Positions 43,818 through 57,686 of a DNA stretch of 64,000 bases are shown one piece after another. The stretch covers positions 54,872 to 118,871 of the forward strand of contig CAZOBQ010000002.1 of assembly GCA_964578155.1 (NCBI GenBank). Reading direction: 5' to 3'. Origin of the DNA: an uncultured Lentisphaeria bacterium (GTDB lineage Bacteria; Fidelibacterota; UBA8477; JABMPR01). The position numbers and the translations under genes are program-made. Every line of letters starts with the position of its first letter. Position 1 is the stretch's first letter. The notes below the pieces were generated by a model. It did no database searches and had not been told where the DNA came from. It saw only the letters and a program-made list of their open reading frames with translations.

Positions 43818-46337
43818 TCAGCTTCCTGATGTGTCTTCCTCTCCATCAAAGATGTCTTTTTGCTCAACTGTAACAGGATCATCATCTGCAGGACCTGATT
43901 CTGCAGGATCTTTTTCTTCCTGGACTCTAGTCACGGCTGCAATAGAATCACCTTCATCCAGTCTGATCAGTTTGACTCCCTGAGTATTTCGACCAATGCT
44001 GCGAATAGAAGCAACAGGTTGACGAATAAGAACACCACGACTGGTGATGATCATTAGGTCGTCACTATCTACAACTTCTAGCAATGAAACCATCTTACCA
44101 ACCTTTGGTGTGGTTTTGATGGTGATAATTCCTTTACCAGCGCGGTTCTGAACGCGATAGTTGATCACCTCGGTACGTTTGCCATAACCATGCTCTGAAA
44201 CGGCTAGAACGGTACCTTCACGTCGCACAACGATCATACCTACAACCTGGTCATCATCTCCCTTCAGCTCGATACCTTTAACACCCATTGTCTTGCGACC
44301 TGTTGGGCGGATATTGGTTTCGCTAAAGCGAATGGACATTCCGTTATGTGTACCCAGAATTATGTCATTTTCACCATTGGTGATCTGAGCATCGATGAGA
44401 TAATCATCGTCACGAATATCGATGGCAAAAATGCCACCCTTCATCGGTCTGCTGTATGCAGTGAGTACTGTTTTCTTGACCAGACCTTTAGCTGTGGCCA
44501 TGGTTATAAATAGATCCTCTGCGTAATCCCGAACAGCAATATAAGCCTGAACATTCTCTCCCTGGTCTACCTGTAAGAGGTTGATCAGAGCACGACCACG
44601 AGTGGCTTTACCAGCCTGAGGAATCTCATGTACACGTAACCAGTGGCACTTACCGCGATCAGTGAAGAACAAGATATAATCATGGGTAGAAGCCGTGAAG
44701 AGATGTTCAATAAAGTCTTCATCGCGAGCTTTTGCTCCAGCAGATCCTCGACCTCCCCGGTTCTGGCGACGGTATCCGCTCACAGGATATCGCTTAATGA
44801 AGCCATTGTGGGTAATCGTGATCACCATTTCTTCCTCAGCGATCATATCTTCAATTGTAAAGTCCTTGGCATCGGGGATGATTTCAGTACGTCTTTCATC
44901 GCCATACCGTTCCTGAACTTCTCGCAATTCAGTTTTGATGATGTCCATTCTGAGGCCACGATTATTAAGAATCTCATTCAAGCGAGCAATTACCTTGAGG
45001 ACTTCAGTGTATTCATCAATAATTTTTTGACGTTCAAGCCCGGTTAACTTTTGTAGACGCATATCCAAGATGGCTTGAGATTGAATCTCGCTCAATTCGA
45101 ATTTGGAGATTAAGGCTGCTTTAGCTTCTTTGGGGTTTTTTGAACCTCGAATAGTCTTGATAATAGCATCCAGATTATCCAGCGCAATTTTTAAGCCTTC
45201 TAAAATATGAGCACGAGCCTCAGCTTCTTTTAATTCAAACTGAGTCCGCTTAACCACAACCTCATGCCGGAATTTAATGAATTCAGCAATGACCTCTTTT
45301 AGGGTCAGTACTTTGGGTAAGCCGTCAACTAGTGCCAGCATGATGACCCCAAAGGTGTCCTGCATCTGGGTGTGTTTGTAAAGTAGATTAAGAACAACCT
45401 CCGGTACCACATCCCGTTTTAGCTCAATGACCAGACGGATTCCATCTTTGTCTGATTCGTCACGAATATCGGATATGCCTTCGACTTTTTTGGCGCGAAC
45501 CAGCATGACGATCTTCTCGATGAGAGACGATTTGTTGACCTGATAAGGAATCTCAGTAATAATGAGGCTGAAGCGACCATTCTTGCGTTCTTCAATATTA
45601 GCGCGGGCGCGAACCGTGATTTTTCCACGACCGGTCTCATAAGCTTCTTTAATACCTGCAGCGCCGTAGATAACAGCAGCAGTAGGGAAGTCAGGACCTT
45701 TAACATGTTGCATGAGTTCAGCAACTTCCACTTCAGGATTATCGATCTGAGTCACGATAGCATCAATCACCTCATTCATATTGTGAGGTGGGATATTGGT
45801 TGCCATTCCAACAGCAATACCGCTGGAACCATTAAGTAGAAGGTTTGGGATTACAGCCGCCAGAACTGAAGGCTCCATAAGGCTTTCATCAAAGTTAGGC
45901 GTGAATTTTACGGTCTCTTTTTCAAGATCTTTTAACATCTCGCTTGAGATACGTTTCATACGGGCTTCTGTATAACGCATGGCAGCAGCACTATCACCAT
46001 CGATGGATCCGAAGTTACCCTGGCCATCAACAAGGGGATAGCGTAGCGAAAATTCCTGGGTCATACGCACCATTGAATCGTAAACGGCAGAATCACCGTG
46101 AGGGTGATACTTACCCATGACATCTCCAACAATACGGGCGCTTTTACGATAAGATCTGTTATAGCCCACACCCAGTTCCATCATTCCATAAAGAATGCGA
46201 CGATGAACAGGTTTAAGTCCATCTCGTACATCAGGCAGGGCACGTGAAACAATAACCGACATGGAATAATCCATGTACGATTTTTTCATTTCCTCTTCGA
46301 TGGAGGTGTTTAGAATATTCTGTCTCTGTATTTCCAA
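43818..46337 (-). CDS. gyrA: DNA gyrase subunit A
   Basis: [27 protein letters not shown], and C-terminal beta-pinwheel repeats. Confidence 0.97.
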   Translation of the reverse strand: MEIQRQNILNTSIEEEMKKSYMDYSMSVIVSRALPDVRDGLKPVHRRILYGMMELGVGYNRSYRKSARIVGDVMGKYHPHGDSAVYDSMVRMTQEFSLRYPLVDGQGNFGSIDGDSAAAMRYTEARMKRISSEMLKDLEKETVKFTPNFDESLMEPSVLAAVIPNLLLNGSSGIAVGMATNIPPHNMNEVIDAIVTQIDNPEVEVAELMQHVKGPDFPTAAVIYGAAGIKEAYETGRGKITVRARANIEERKNGRFSLIITEIPYQVNKSSLIEKIVMLVRAKKVEGISDIRDESDKDGIRLVIELKRDVVPEVVLNLLYKHTQMQDTFGVIMLALVDGLPKVLTLKEVIAEFIKFRHEVVVKRTQFELKEAEARAHILEGLKIALDNLDAIIKTIRGSKNPKEAKAALISKFELSEIQSQAILDMRLQKLTGLERQKIIDEYTEVLKVIARLNEILNNRGLRMDIIKTELREVQERYGDERRTEIIPDAKDFTIEDMIAEEEMVITITHNGFIKRYPVSGYRRQNRGGRGSAGAKARDEDFIEHLFTASTHDYILFFTDRGKCHWLRVHEIPQAGKATRGRALINLLQVDQGENVQAYIAVRDYAEDLFITMATAKGLVKKTVLTAYSRPMKGGIFAIDIRDDDYLIDAQITNGENDIILGTHNGMSIRFSETNIRPTGRKTMGVKGIELKGDDDQVVGMIVVRREGTVLAVSEHGYGKRTEVINYRVQNRAGKGIITIKTTPKVGKMVSLLEVVDSDDLMIITSRGVLIRQPVASIRSIGRNTQGVKLIRLDEGDSIAAVTRVQEEKDPAESGPADDDPVTVEQKDIFDGEEDTSGS

Positions 46338-46384
46338 CTCAGTACCTCTTTATTCTATCTAAATTTTCAATAATTCTATTATCT

Positions 46385-48595
<2,211 letters not shown>

Positions 48596-48603
<8 letters not shown>

Positions 48604-49714
48604 CGACTTGTATCTTTCCTGCATCGATGATCTGGAGGGTGTCCCCCTCAATATTGAGGCCATGGTTTCGAAGGTCTGCCAGATCAGTTGCGGTAATAAA
48701 TATTTGGTGATCGCCCTGTAAACTTTCCACGATCATCATACTCCGTTTAACATCCAGTTCGGCAAAGAGATCATCCAGTAAGAAGACGGGCGGTTCATTT
48801 AGAAAGTTTTCTAAAAAGCGTCCTTCAGCAAATTTTATAGCAACCAGCACCAGCTTGTGCTCTCCTTGAGAGCCGAATTTACGCAGGTCTTTTGTGTCGA
48901 GAAAAAAGGTGAAGAGGTCTCGATGAGGACCTCGCGTGGTGGTGCCTTTGCGCATATCTTCTGCAAGAGAATCCTGGTAAGCTTGCCGATAGAGGTGCTC
49001 TGCATTTCCAGTAGTTACCCTCACGTTGGAGATGAAGGCCATCTTGAGAGATTTATCCTGTTCCAGCTCTGTATAAGCTTCATAAAGGATCTTTTTAAAC
49101 TCAGTGAGATGTTTGCTCCGTGCCTCATGCAGCCGGGCAGAAACGGAAGCTCGTTGATCATCAAGAGTTGACAGGAGAATTCTGTCTATGGCAACACCAT
49201 CATTGGCATGAGCTTGCAGCATGGCATTACGCTGTTTGAGAATCCGTGCATAGATCTGGAGCTTTTCCAGATAGGCAGGGTCAATTTGTGACAGGAGCTT
49301 ATTGAAGAACAGGCGTCTGATCTCAGGTGAACCAAAAGTGAGCGTACTGTCTTCAGGCGTTAGAGAAACCAGGGGAAACTTCCCAATGATCTGAGCCCGA
49401 CTATTCAGGTTTTTATTGTTAACACTCAACAGTTTCTTGCGAGAAGATTCAACCTTGAGCCTTACTTCATGATCAAGTCCGGTATGATCCGAAAAGAGTC
49501 CTTTAAGCTGATAGCCTGCTTGGCCATGTCGTGTCAGGTCGGAATCAAGTCGGGTTTTAAAGCTACGGGTGTAGCCCAAACTATGAATGGCCTCTAAAAG
49601 AGTGGTCTTTCCGGCACCATTTTCCCCGTGGAGAATATTGGTGTGCTGGCCAAAACTCATGGAAACCTGCTCGTATTTACGAAAGTTGATCATGGTAAGG
49701 GATTTAATCAGCAT
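48596..49714 (-). CDS. recF: DNA replication/repair protein RecF
   Basis: NFRKYE..., Walker A GENGAGKTTLLEAI, the signature SQGEHK and LLDDLFAELD. Confidence 0.95.
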
Positions 49715-49853
49715 GCCTGATGTGTGGATGGTTTTTTATTGTTTATCATACCGTATCTTTTAATAAATCATTTATACAAGCACACTTGCCTGTATCTATA
49801 TCCCGAGCTGTTGGAATTAGCTTAACGATCGGCTGTCCTGCAAAGAACTCCGA

Positions 49854-50969
49854 CTATCCTTGAAGCCTGATAGGCATCAAGAGCATTACTAATTCTTCCT
49901 TCTCTGCCTGAACTTCCGGCAAGATCAGTCCAGGACCGATCTCTGAGCCCAGCCTGAAGACCACACGATCAGTTTCTACATTCTTGAGCATGTCTTTCAG
50001 GTAAATAGAATTATATCCAAGCGTCAACTCTTCACCATCATATTCTGCCAGAACCTGCTCTTTAGCGCTTGTGCTAGCTTCAGGGTCTTCGGTAAATACT
50101 TCCAGATAACCAGGGTGAAGTTTCAGAGCAACTTGATGCGTTGTGCGGTTAGAGAAGATGGAAACACGTTTCACCGTAGTAACCAGATCAGCACTGGAAA
50201 GTGTGACTGTCTTATCATTAGTGGAGGGGATTACACTCCCATAATCTGGGTATTGTTCGTCAATTAGACGACTGAAAATCGTTGCGTTCTCAGTAGAGAT
50301 GCTAATATATTTTTCACCAACGGCCAAGTTGATGCTATCTCCATCATCTAGAAAAGACTGGATGAGGGATAAAAATTTTGGAGGAACAATGATGTTTGCC
50401 TCAAAGTCAGGTGAGGAGAAATCGCGGTTGCTATACTTCACCAATCGGTGACCATCAGTAGCAACGGCACGAATCATGTCTTTCTTTAGTTCAAAGAGAA
50501 CACCAAGCAGTGCTGGTTTGAGTTCATCTTTTGAAACAGCAAAGACAGTTTTTTCAACAGTTCTTTTTAGAACACTGGATTTGATTTCTAAACTACTGGC
50601 AGGACCGAGTTCAGGTGCTTCAGGGAAATCCAGAGCCGGACGACCAACGATCTTATAGGTTCCACCGGATGTAGACAGAGTAACGCGATTATCTTCAGTC
50701 CAGGCAAAGGTTAATTCTGTATCTGGTAGCTCATTCGTGATTTCCTGGAGTAAGCGAACCGGAAGTGCAACAGCTCCATCTTCATCACCGTTGACATCAA
50801 GCTTTAAGGTATAGGTAATTTCAATATCAGTGCTGCGCATGGAAAGAATGTTTCCCTGCACCGAAAAGAGAATGTGATTAAGTATGGGCATGGTGGAACG
50901 AGTTGGGCTAACGCGCGCAACTTTTTGCAAGCCGTGTAAAAGTGTTGATGAATCAACGGTAAATTGCAT
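49854..50969 (-). CDS. dnaN: DNA polymerase III beta sliding clamp
   Basis: 371 aa with the three-domain clamp pattern and a C-terminal LLMPIRL. Confidence 0.95.
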   Translation of the reverse strand: MQFTVDSSTLLHGLQKVARVSPTRSTMPILNHILFSVQGNILSMRSTDIEITYTLKLDVNGDEDGAVALPVRLLQEITNELPDTELTFAWTEDNRVTLSTSGGTYKIVGRPALDFPEAPELGPASSLEIKSSVLKRTVEKTVFAVSKDELKPALLGVLFELKKDMIRAVATDGHRLVKYSNRDFSSPDFEANIIVPPKFLSLIQSFLDDGDSINLAVGEKYISISTENATIFSRLIDEQYPDYGSVIPSTNDKTVTLSSADLVTTVKRVSIFSNRTTHQVALKLHPGYLEVFTEDPEASTSAKEQVLAEYDGEELTLGYNSIYLKDMLKNVETDRVVFRLGSEIGPGLILPEVQAEKEELVMLLMPIRLQG

Positions 50970-51217
50970 GGTTTTGATCTCCGAATGTCAGGTTATTCTC
51001 TGTCCTTAAAATAGCAAACCAAGCTAAACTTTGACAAGGGCAAATCAAAGCTTGAACCTGTCCTCTTTTAGCAATAAATACAACTTTTCGTCCAAAACAC
51101 CCCCTTAAACGCCATGAAATGATCCGAGGCAGGGGTAAGCAAGGGTAAAACAGGCAGATAATGTTAAAAAAATCGAGAATCTTAATCCACGAATAAACCC
51201 TTCTCTTATTCCCTCTT

Positions 51218-51679
51218 TTGAAATATTTTCATATACTAATGAATTATCTGAAAATAGCGCTGATCAACTTTGTGATCGAAAAGCCAATCATGTTCAAAGT
51301 AGGTTTGATCCTGGCTGGTATTCTGGCCGGTTTAACCGACAGTTGGTTTTTAACGAAGGATACCATGCCACTGTCAAAACTTGGTGTGGGAATACTGATA
51401 ATAACATCAACGCTGATCTATGCCTTTATATTGACCCTTTATCGAATCATTCAACGTGTTTTTAAATTTGGTAGAAGTCTTCCTGAACATATCAGTAAGT
51501 TTGATGAGCGAGAAATTGTGAAGTTGATTGGCCTTTATGGCTTAATTCCCTTCGGTTTAACCATGCTCGGTGTGACATCTTCCACTTCCGCGGACATTAT
51601 AAATCTTGGAGTCATTTTAATCATCCAGGGGGTCTCTCTTTTCCTAGGAAGTTGGTTTTCGCAAAGAATAAAAAAGTAG
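51218..51679 (+). CDS. Hypothetical small membrane protein
   Basis: Four predicted hydrophobic segments and no recognisable motif. The TTG start is uncertain, and ATG 51239 is an alternative. Confidence 0.3.
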   Translation: MKYFHILMNYLKIALINFVIEKPIMFKVGLILAGILAGLTDSWFLTKDTMPLSKLGVGILIITSTLIYAFILTLYRIIQRVFKFGRSLPEHISKFDEREIVKLIGLYGLIPFGLTMLGVTSSTSADIINLGVILIIQGVSLFLGSWFSQRIKK

Positions 51680-51690
51680 TAAAGAAAACA

Positions 51691-51720
51691 GGGAAGAGAA
51701 AAATAAATTTTTCTCTTCCC
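51691..51720. terminator. Bidirectional hairpin terminator between convergent genes
   Basis: gggaagagaaaaat/atttttctcttccc: 14-nt perfectly complementary arms with T-rich flanks on both strands. Confidence 0.55.
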
Positions 51721-51746
51721 TGTAAATATATAGGAGTCTTAAGCGT

Positions 51747-52685
51747 TTAGCTTTGTATGTATTCTATGGCTGAAAGGGCTGCAATCGTTCCATCTGACAC
51801 AGCAGTCGTGATTTGACGATATCGTTTCTCGCGAACATCCCCAGCTACAAAAATGCCGTCAATATTGGTAGCCATCGTTTCATCTGCGATGACCTCGTTT
51901 CTGGCATTCAAAGCTAATGAATCAGGCAAAGAGGCAGTATTGGCGATGTAACCAATTAAAACAAAAATACCGTTGGTAGATACAATTGACCGTTCCTTTG
52001 TTTTCATGTTCATGATCTCTACACCAGTGATGGCTTGATCACCGAGAACCCTTTGAATTTCTGATTCCAGAATGAAGGAGATCTTATCATTCTCCTGAGC
52101 CATTCTAACAGCATGTTCGGTGGCTTGAAAATGATCAAACTGATGCACAACAGTAACCTTGCTGGCAAACTGAGTCAGCGAGACAGCTTCTTCTAAAGCA
52201 GAATTTCCGCCGCCCACAACAATGATCTTTTTATCTGTAAAAAAATCACCATCGCAAGTTGCACAATATGAAACTCCGGAGCCCTTGAACTTATTTTCAC
52301 CCTCTACGCCCATGGGTCTTGGTGTTCCACCAGTCGCTATGATAACAGACTTTGCTGAGAAGACTTCATCCTCGTCAATTTCTACCAGCTTCTGGTCTCC
52401 AGAAAGATCAATCCCAGTGACTTCTACATTGGATTCAATTTTACAGCCAAACGCTTTTGCCTGGGCCTTCATATCAAGGCTTAAGTCCCGGCCTGAAATA
52501 TCAACTTTAGCACCAGGATAATTAGCAATAGCGTGAGTAAGTACCATTTGACCACCAACCGAGCCCTCATTGATGATCAAGGTTTTCAGTTTAGCTCGTC
52601 CAAGATAGATCCCGGCGGTCAAGCCGGCAGGACCACCCCCTAAAACGATAACATCAAATGATTCTGTTATCTGGTTTGGGTTCAT
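51747..52685 (-). CDS. trxB: Thioredoxin-disulfide reductase
   Basis: VIVLGGGPAGLTAG, the redox-active CATCDG, and GGGNSALEEA. Confidence 0.92.
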   Translation of the reverse strand: MNPNQITESFDVIVLGGGPAGLTAGIYLGRAKLKTLIINEGSVGGQMVLTHAIANYPGAKVDISGRDLSLDMKAQAKAFGCKIESNVEVTGIDLSGDQKLVEIDEDEVFSAKSVIIATGGTPRPMGVEGENKFKGSGVSYCATCDGDFFTDKKIIVVGGGNSALEEAVSLTQFASKVTVVHQFDHFQATEHAVRMAQENDKISFILESEIQRVLGDQAITGVEIMNMKTKERSIVSTNGIFVLIGYIANTASLPDSLALNARNEVIADETMATNIDGIFVAGDVREKRYRQITTAVSDGTIAALSAIEYIQS

Positions 52686-53023
52686 GCGAAGTGAATGTCC
52701 AAAATATCTTTGACCTGCTTTTTGGACTGGATCGAAGAGGTTGCTTCGACAGCTTCACCATTTTTAAAGTAGTATGTGAAGGGAAGACCCATGAATCCTG
52801 CAGATTTTGGATGGTTACGAATGACATGTGCGTGGGGTGAATCAAATGCCATATCATAAAAAGTAACATTCTCGTATTTTTCCTCAAGATTTTCCATGAT
52901 ATCATAGACGGGAAGACACATCGGTCCCATGCGACCACAGCAGATCATAACATTCTCATTGTTAGCAATAGCCTGGCTGAACTCATTTTCAGTTGTGATA
53001 TGTTTCAGGTTGGTTTGTAACAT
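52682..53023 (-). CDS. Thioredoxin-fold protein with a non-canonical Cys motif
   Basis: From ATG 53023, with AGGAG 7 nt upstream. NVMICCGRMGPMCLPVYD sits where WCGPC is expected. It has an ATGA overlap with trxB. Confidence 0.6.
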   Translation of the reverse strand: MLQTNLKHITTENEFSQAIANNENVMICCGRMGPMCLPVYDIMENLEEKYENVTFYDMAFDSPHAHVIRNHPKSAGFMGLPFTYYFKNGEAVEATSSIQSKKQVKDILDIHFA

Positions 53024-53243
53024 TTTATAACTCCTAGTATATTCGTTATTCAAATTGGTTCTCTAAGTCAGAAAGTTTGATAGGCTTTTGTTTGGGGGGT
53101 TACAAAAAGACAAGGATTATAGTTTTTATTATATTTAGAAAGACTCTTCTTTCTAATTGTCCGGTAGAACTTTACTTTACCTTCAGCAAACCACCTGCCT
53201 GAATAACACTTCATTTTTCGCATAGGAGCATTCATTTTATAAG

Positions 53244-55658
53244 ATGGACAAACCGCAATTTGTAGAGATCGTTTTCCCTTTAAGTCTGGAACAGGCTTTT
53301 ACCTATACTGTCCCTGAAGAATTGAATGATGTGGTTCAGGTCGGTCAACGGGTGATTGCCTCTCTAGGTCGCAGGAAACAGCAAGGGATGATCATCAAGG
53401 TCAAGTCTGATCCACCGGAAAACTTTACCGGCAAGCTTAAGAGCTTTGATAATCTCATTGATCCGGTACCCGTCTTTAATGAACCATTGATCAATCTGCT
53501 GAAATGGATGAGCCGCTATTATTTTACCCCACTAGGTAAAGTTATTCAGTCTGCCATCCCGTCTGATGCCAGATTAAAAAAAGACATCATAATCACAGCC
53601 AGTCCTTTGCTTCAAGGGAGTGATGATTTTACCAGTTATCTGGCTCATGTTGTCACGACCAAACTTTATATATTAAAGCGTAAATTTGGCTCCGAACTCA
53701 CCCTGATCAAATTGGCCCGTCTCCAGAGACAGGGTCTGGTTGAGCTGGAAAATGAGTTTGGCTTTAAAAGTAGTCGTAAAAAGGAATTCTTAATTATACC
53801 GGATCTTGGGAGAGAATCAGAGATTCCTGATAGAGCCCATGCCCAACAAAAGGCATTCGAAGTGCTCAATGACTATCCGGAGGGGATATCTATGGCTAAG
53901 CTCAAAGAAGAGTTTGAGATAGCCACAGATGTGATCAAAAAATTAGAATTAAAGGGCCTGGTGACTGTTCAAGAACTAGAGCCAGACATTGATCCCCTCA
54001 AAGATTATCATCGGCCTCCACCCAAGGAGATTAAGCTAAATCAAGAACAGGTCGTTGCTTTCGGTGAGATCAAGCGTTCCCTTGATGACCGTGTCTTTGC
54101 ACCCTATCTGTTATTTGGTGTGGCCGGAAGTGGTAAGACGGAGGTTTATCTGGAAGCAGCAGCGCATGCTCTGGAACAAGGAAGATCCGTCATTATCCTT
54201 GTCCCGGAAATCGCTCTGGCTCCTCAGATCGCTTACCGTTTTCAGGCCAGGTTTGGGAATATTGTCGCGCTTTGGCATTCAGGCTTAAAGGGAGCTGAGC
54301 GCGTATGGACCTGGCAGCAAATCCAGAAGGATCATTTTAAGATTGTCGTGGGAGCCCGATCTGCTGTATTAACGCCCATTCGTGACCTTGGCCTGATCAT
54401 TGTGGATGAGGAGCAAGAGAACAGCTATAAACAGCAGGATAGTGAACCTCGATATCACGCCCGTGATGTCGCCTTGGTAAGGGGAAGAGAAGAGAAAGCT
54501 GTGGTGTTACTGGGTTCGGCCACACCTGCCCTGGAAACTTATTTCAATCTGAGTACGAATCGATATAAGGGCTTACATCTGACTAAGCGCTGGGAAAAGG
54601 CTAAACCTCCTCTTGTCGATCTTATTGATATGGGTAAAGAAAGAGAAGAAACCAAAGATTATACAAACCCCTTTTCACAAAAACTAGTGGAAGCTATCAA
54701 AGAGACAGTGGCGGCTGGAAAACAGGTTATTCTCTTTCAAAATCGACGAGGCTATGCTCCCATCATTACGTGTAAAGAATGTAGCTGGACCATGTCTTGT
54801 CCCAATGATGACCTTTCACTGACATACCACAAAATTGGCAACAAAATGAGCTGTCACTTTTGTGACTATCAGGCACCACCCCCTCAAAACTGTCCAGAAT
54901 GTCACTCCACTGAGTTAAAATTTGGTGGTATGGGAACCCAGATGATCGAGGAAGCGCTTGAAACTCAGTTCCCAGATGTCCCTGTTTGCAGAATGGATAT
55001 GGATACCACCCGAGGAAAGGGTTCGCATACAAAATTGCTGGGTGATTTTGCCAGAGGTAAGTATAAAATTCTTTTAGGGACCCAGATGATCGCCAAAGGC
55101 CTTGACTTTGAGAATGTGACTCTGGTTGGCGTGATAAACGCTGACTCTGGTCTGCATTTCCCTGATTTTCGAGCCCGGGAACGAACTTTTCAATTGGTTT
55201 ATCAAGTGTCTGGTCGCTCTGGTCGAGGTGAATTTCCTGGTCGAGTAGTTGTTCAAAGCTGGATGCCGGATGACATTTCAATTCAATGCGCCACCCGCCA
55301 TGATGTAAAACTTTTTTACAACACTGAACTCAACGACCGAAATCAACTGAGTTATCCGCCGTTTTCTCGTATGATTGCCTTTAGCTTTCAGGGAAAATCA
55401 AGAGATGAGGTCATGCAGTTGTCAGAGCATTCAGTCCAAGAATTAAAAGGACAAAAAGGGCTCGACATTTTAGGACCTGCTCCAGCAATGATTGAAAAAA
55501 GTCATATGGGATATAACTGGAAAGTAGTTCTCAAGAGCAGCAAGGAAAATGATCCCAAGGGGACGGCTCTAAGAAAGGCAGCTGGCCAGGTATTTCAAAG
55601 AACTCGCGTACGCAATGTCAGGGTCTCTGTGGATGTGGATCCATATCAGATATTGTAA
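53244..55658 (+). CDS. priA: Primosomal protein N' (replication restart helicase)
   Basis: GVAGSGKTEVY, DEEQE, the Cys-rich zinc region CKECSWTMSCP...CHFCDY...CPEC, and GTQMIAKG. Confidence 0.93.
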   Translation: MDKPQFVEIVFPLSLEQAFTYTVPEELNDVVQVGQRVIASLGRRKQQGMIIKVKSDPPENFTGKLKSFDNLIDPVPVFNEPLINLLKWMSRYYFTPLGKVIQSAIPSDARLKKDIIITASPLLQGSDDFTSYLAHVVTTKLYILKRKFGSELTLIKLARLQRQGLVELENEFGFKSSRKKEFLIIPDLGRESEIPDRAHAQQKAFEVLNDYPEGISMAKLKEEFEIATDVIKKLELKGLVTVQELEPDIDPLKDYHRPPPKEIKLNQEQVVAFGEIKRSLDDRVFAPYLLFGVAGSGKTEVYLEAAAHALEQGRSVIILVPEIALAPQIAYRFQARFGNIVALWHSGLKGAERVWTWQQIQKDHFKIVVGARSAVLTPIRDLGLIIVDEEQENSYKQQDSEPRYHARDVALVRGREEKAVVLLGSATPALETYFNLSTNRYKGLHLTKRWEKAKPPLVDLIDMGKEREETKDYTNPFSQKLVEAIKETVAAGKQVILFQNRRGYAPIITCKECSWTMSCPNDDLSLTYHKIGNKMSCHFCDYQAPPPQNCPECHSTELKFGGMGTQMIEEALETQFPDVPVCRMDMDTTRGKGSHTKLLGDFARGKYKILLGTQMIAKGLDFENVTLVGVINADSGLHFPDFRARERTFQLVYQVSGRSGRGEFPGRVVVQSWMPDDISIQCATRHDVKLFYNTELNDRNQLSYPPFSRMIAFSFQGKSRDEVMQLSEHSVQELKGQKGLDILGPAPAMIEKSHMGYNWKVVLKSSKENDPKGTALRKAAGQVFQRTRVRNVRVSVDVDPYQIL

Positions 55659-55676
55659 TTACGTCATAAAAGTTTG

Positions 55677-56543
55677 ATGGAACGAATTAAATCAATATTA
55701 CTCCTCATTCTTTCATTAGCAGTATTTCTTAATGCTGATGCACTACGGCTTACATCTGGGAATATTCAGTTAAATAGCGATCGTGGAGACTCTACACTCT
55801 TACGACAAGCAGTTTATATCATCCAGAAAGAGAAGAAAATATATCCGAACAAATTTGGTCTGACATTAGACAAACCCTTGAAAATCTATTTTTATTACGA
55901 CCAGGATGCCATGGGTCAACATCTGCATGCAGTACCCTATTGGAGTGGCGGAATTGCTCGATCAGGAACTGAAATTCACATTTATGGTAGCAACCGAAAT
56001 CAATGGTTGTCAACTTTGAGTCACGAACTGTTTCATGCTCTATTGGGGCAGAATGATATTAAAATCCCTGTTTGGCTGAATGAAGGTTTGGCTCAGTGGC
56101 AATCTGGGCAGTCTGACTGGGGTCATTTCATGGAACTTGGAACAGCAACTGCCAGAGAACAGTTGATTCCTTTAGTTGATCTAGATGTAATTTTGAGTTT
56201 TAACCATAAACGAGCTAGCCTGGCCTATGGACAGGCATTAGATGCCACGCGCTACTTAATCAAGACACAAGGGGAGTCAATCCTTCCATTTCTACTGAGA
56301 AATGATGATCTGAGCTTTCGAGAAAGATTCAAAATTGAGACGAAAGGCGATCTCATAGACTTTGAAATTGACTGGCGGAAAGACCTGGAGACTCGATTGT
56401 GGTTTTTTAAGATATCACAAATTCCACCTATGCTATGGGCTTTTTCGCCATTACTTGTCATTCTGGCCTGGTTTATAAAGTATCGACGGGGAAAAGAAAA
56501 GCTCCAAGAATGGGAATTGGAAGAACGGGAAGATTTAAACTAG
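55677..56543 (+). CDS. Putative HEXXH zinc metalloprotease with a C-terminal membrane anchor
   Basis: Signal peptide, then LSHELFHALLG (HEXXH) followed by NEGLAQW. The C-terminal TM segment is PPMLWAFSPLLVILAWFI. Confidence 0.5.
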   Translation: MERIKSILLLILSLAVFLNADALRLTSGNIQLNSDRGDSTLLRQAVYIIQKEKKIYPNKFGLTLDKPLKIYFYYDQDAMGQHLHAVPYWSGGIARSGTEIHIYGSNRNQWLSTLSHELFHALLGQNDIKIPVWLNEGLAQWQSGQSDWGHFMELGTATAREQLIPLVDLDVILSFNHKRASLAYGQALDATRYLIKTQGESILPFLLRNDDLSFRERFKIETKGDLIDFEIDWRKDLETRLWFFKISQIPPMLWAFSPLLVILAWFIKYRRGKEKLQEWELEEREDLN

Positions 56544-56795
56544 AACAGCTTATCAACACCCTAAATACACCAAAATGATCTAGAACACACCGCTCCAGAG
56601 ATGTGACCCCAAACATAGCTAGAACCAATTAATTCATCATCTTTATTGTTAAGGGTGAGGGAGCTGTTGTGGTTCCAAAGGTGGTTGAGGGAAAAGGCGG
56701 GGGACGAAGGAAGGGAGAGCTGGAATATGAAAGAAAATAAAGGCGCAGGCATTCAGATCTTTGTTCTAATTGCTGCAGTCCTTCTTCTGGTCACC

Positions 56796-57602
56796 TTAGC
56801 GCGGGCTGGAACGCTCTTTTGAGTTTATTATTATCTGTGTCAATGCCAGGAAATCAGTGGGACTTAACTGCTCGGGTCTAAGATTCAAATCAAATCGGTC
56901 TTCCACGAAATCCTTGTTATCCAGGAGGGTCTTTATGCTATTCCGTAAGGTCTTTCGTCTCTGGTTGAAGGCGGTTCGAACCACCTTTCTTAGATGGGGT
57001 TCCAACTCAGCTGAGATTTGACGCTCGCCATCAAAACTAAATCGAACAAAACAAGAATCCACATCAGGTATTGGGTGGAAAATGTTACGACTGATATCGA
57101 AAAGGTATTCAGTTTTAGCAAAGAGAGCGGCGTAAACTGATAGAATACCATATTTTTTTGAGCCATGTGGAGCAACCAGACGTTTCCCGACTTCTTTCTG
57201 CATAAGAAAATGTACATCTGTGATGCGTTCATGATGTTCAAAGGCTTGAATGATCAAGGCAGAGGTGATATAGTAGGGGATATTTCCGATTAGCCTGAAG
57301 GTTCCCAGGTCAGCGGGGGGAGACCACTTGAGGAAATCGGAGAATTCGTAAGTAAATGTGTCCGTGTCTCCTTGAACGGGCTCCAAAAACTCATCCATGC
57401 GGGGATCGATCTCCACAGCATGTAGCCGTTTGACTTGTGGAGCGAACAAGCGCGTGAGAGCTCCTGAACCTGGTCCAATTTCAACCATGATATCATTTTC
57501 TTGAGGGTCTACTGTGCGAACCAATTTCGCTAAAAATGAGGGGTCGGTAATAAAGTTTTGCCCCCACTTTTTGAAGGCCCTCAGGTCGGGTCTTAAACCC
57601 AT
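56796..57602 (-). CDS. rsmA: 16S rRNA (adenine1518/1519-N6)-dimethyltransferase
   Basis: KKWGQNFITD, EIGPGSGALT, GNIPYYITS. Confidence 0.92.
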   Translation of the reverse strand: MGLRPDLRAFKKWGQNFITDPSFLAKLVRTVDPQENDIMVEIGPGSGALTRLFAPQVKRLHAVEIDPRMDEFLEPVQGDTDTFTYEFSDFLKWSPPADLGTFRLIGNIPYYITSALIIQAFEHHERITDVHFLMQKEVGKRLVAPHGSKKYGILSVYAALFAKTEYLFDISRNIFHPIPDVDSCFVRFSFDGERQISAELEPHLRKVVRTAFNQRRKTLRNSIKTLLDNKDFVEDRFDLNLRPEQLSPTDFLALTQIIINSKERSSPR

Positions 57603-57686
57603 AGAGGCTCAGTTAATAAGTTAGTGTGGTAGTATGGAGGGGACGCAAAATGTTGCGTCCGAACTTCGGCAAATGAAAGAATGAGA

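Noticed and set aside
49715-51217. Replication origin next to dnaN
   Set aside because: Only two isolated 7/9 DnaA-box-like matches are present. There is no box cluster, no AT-rich unwinding repeats and no adjacent dnaA.
56561-56752. 63-aa minus-strand ORF between the HEXXH gene and rsmA
   Set aside because: It is read from the complement of a purine-rich tract and gives a Ser/Leu/Pro-rich low-complexity product. It has no start context or motif.
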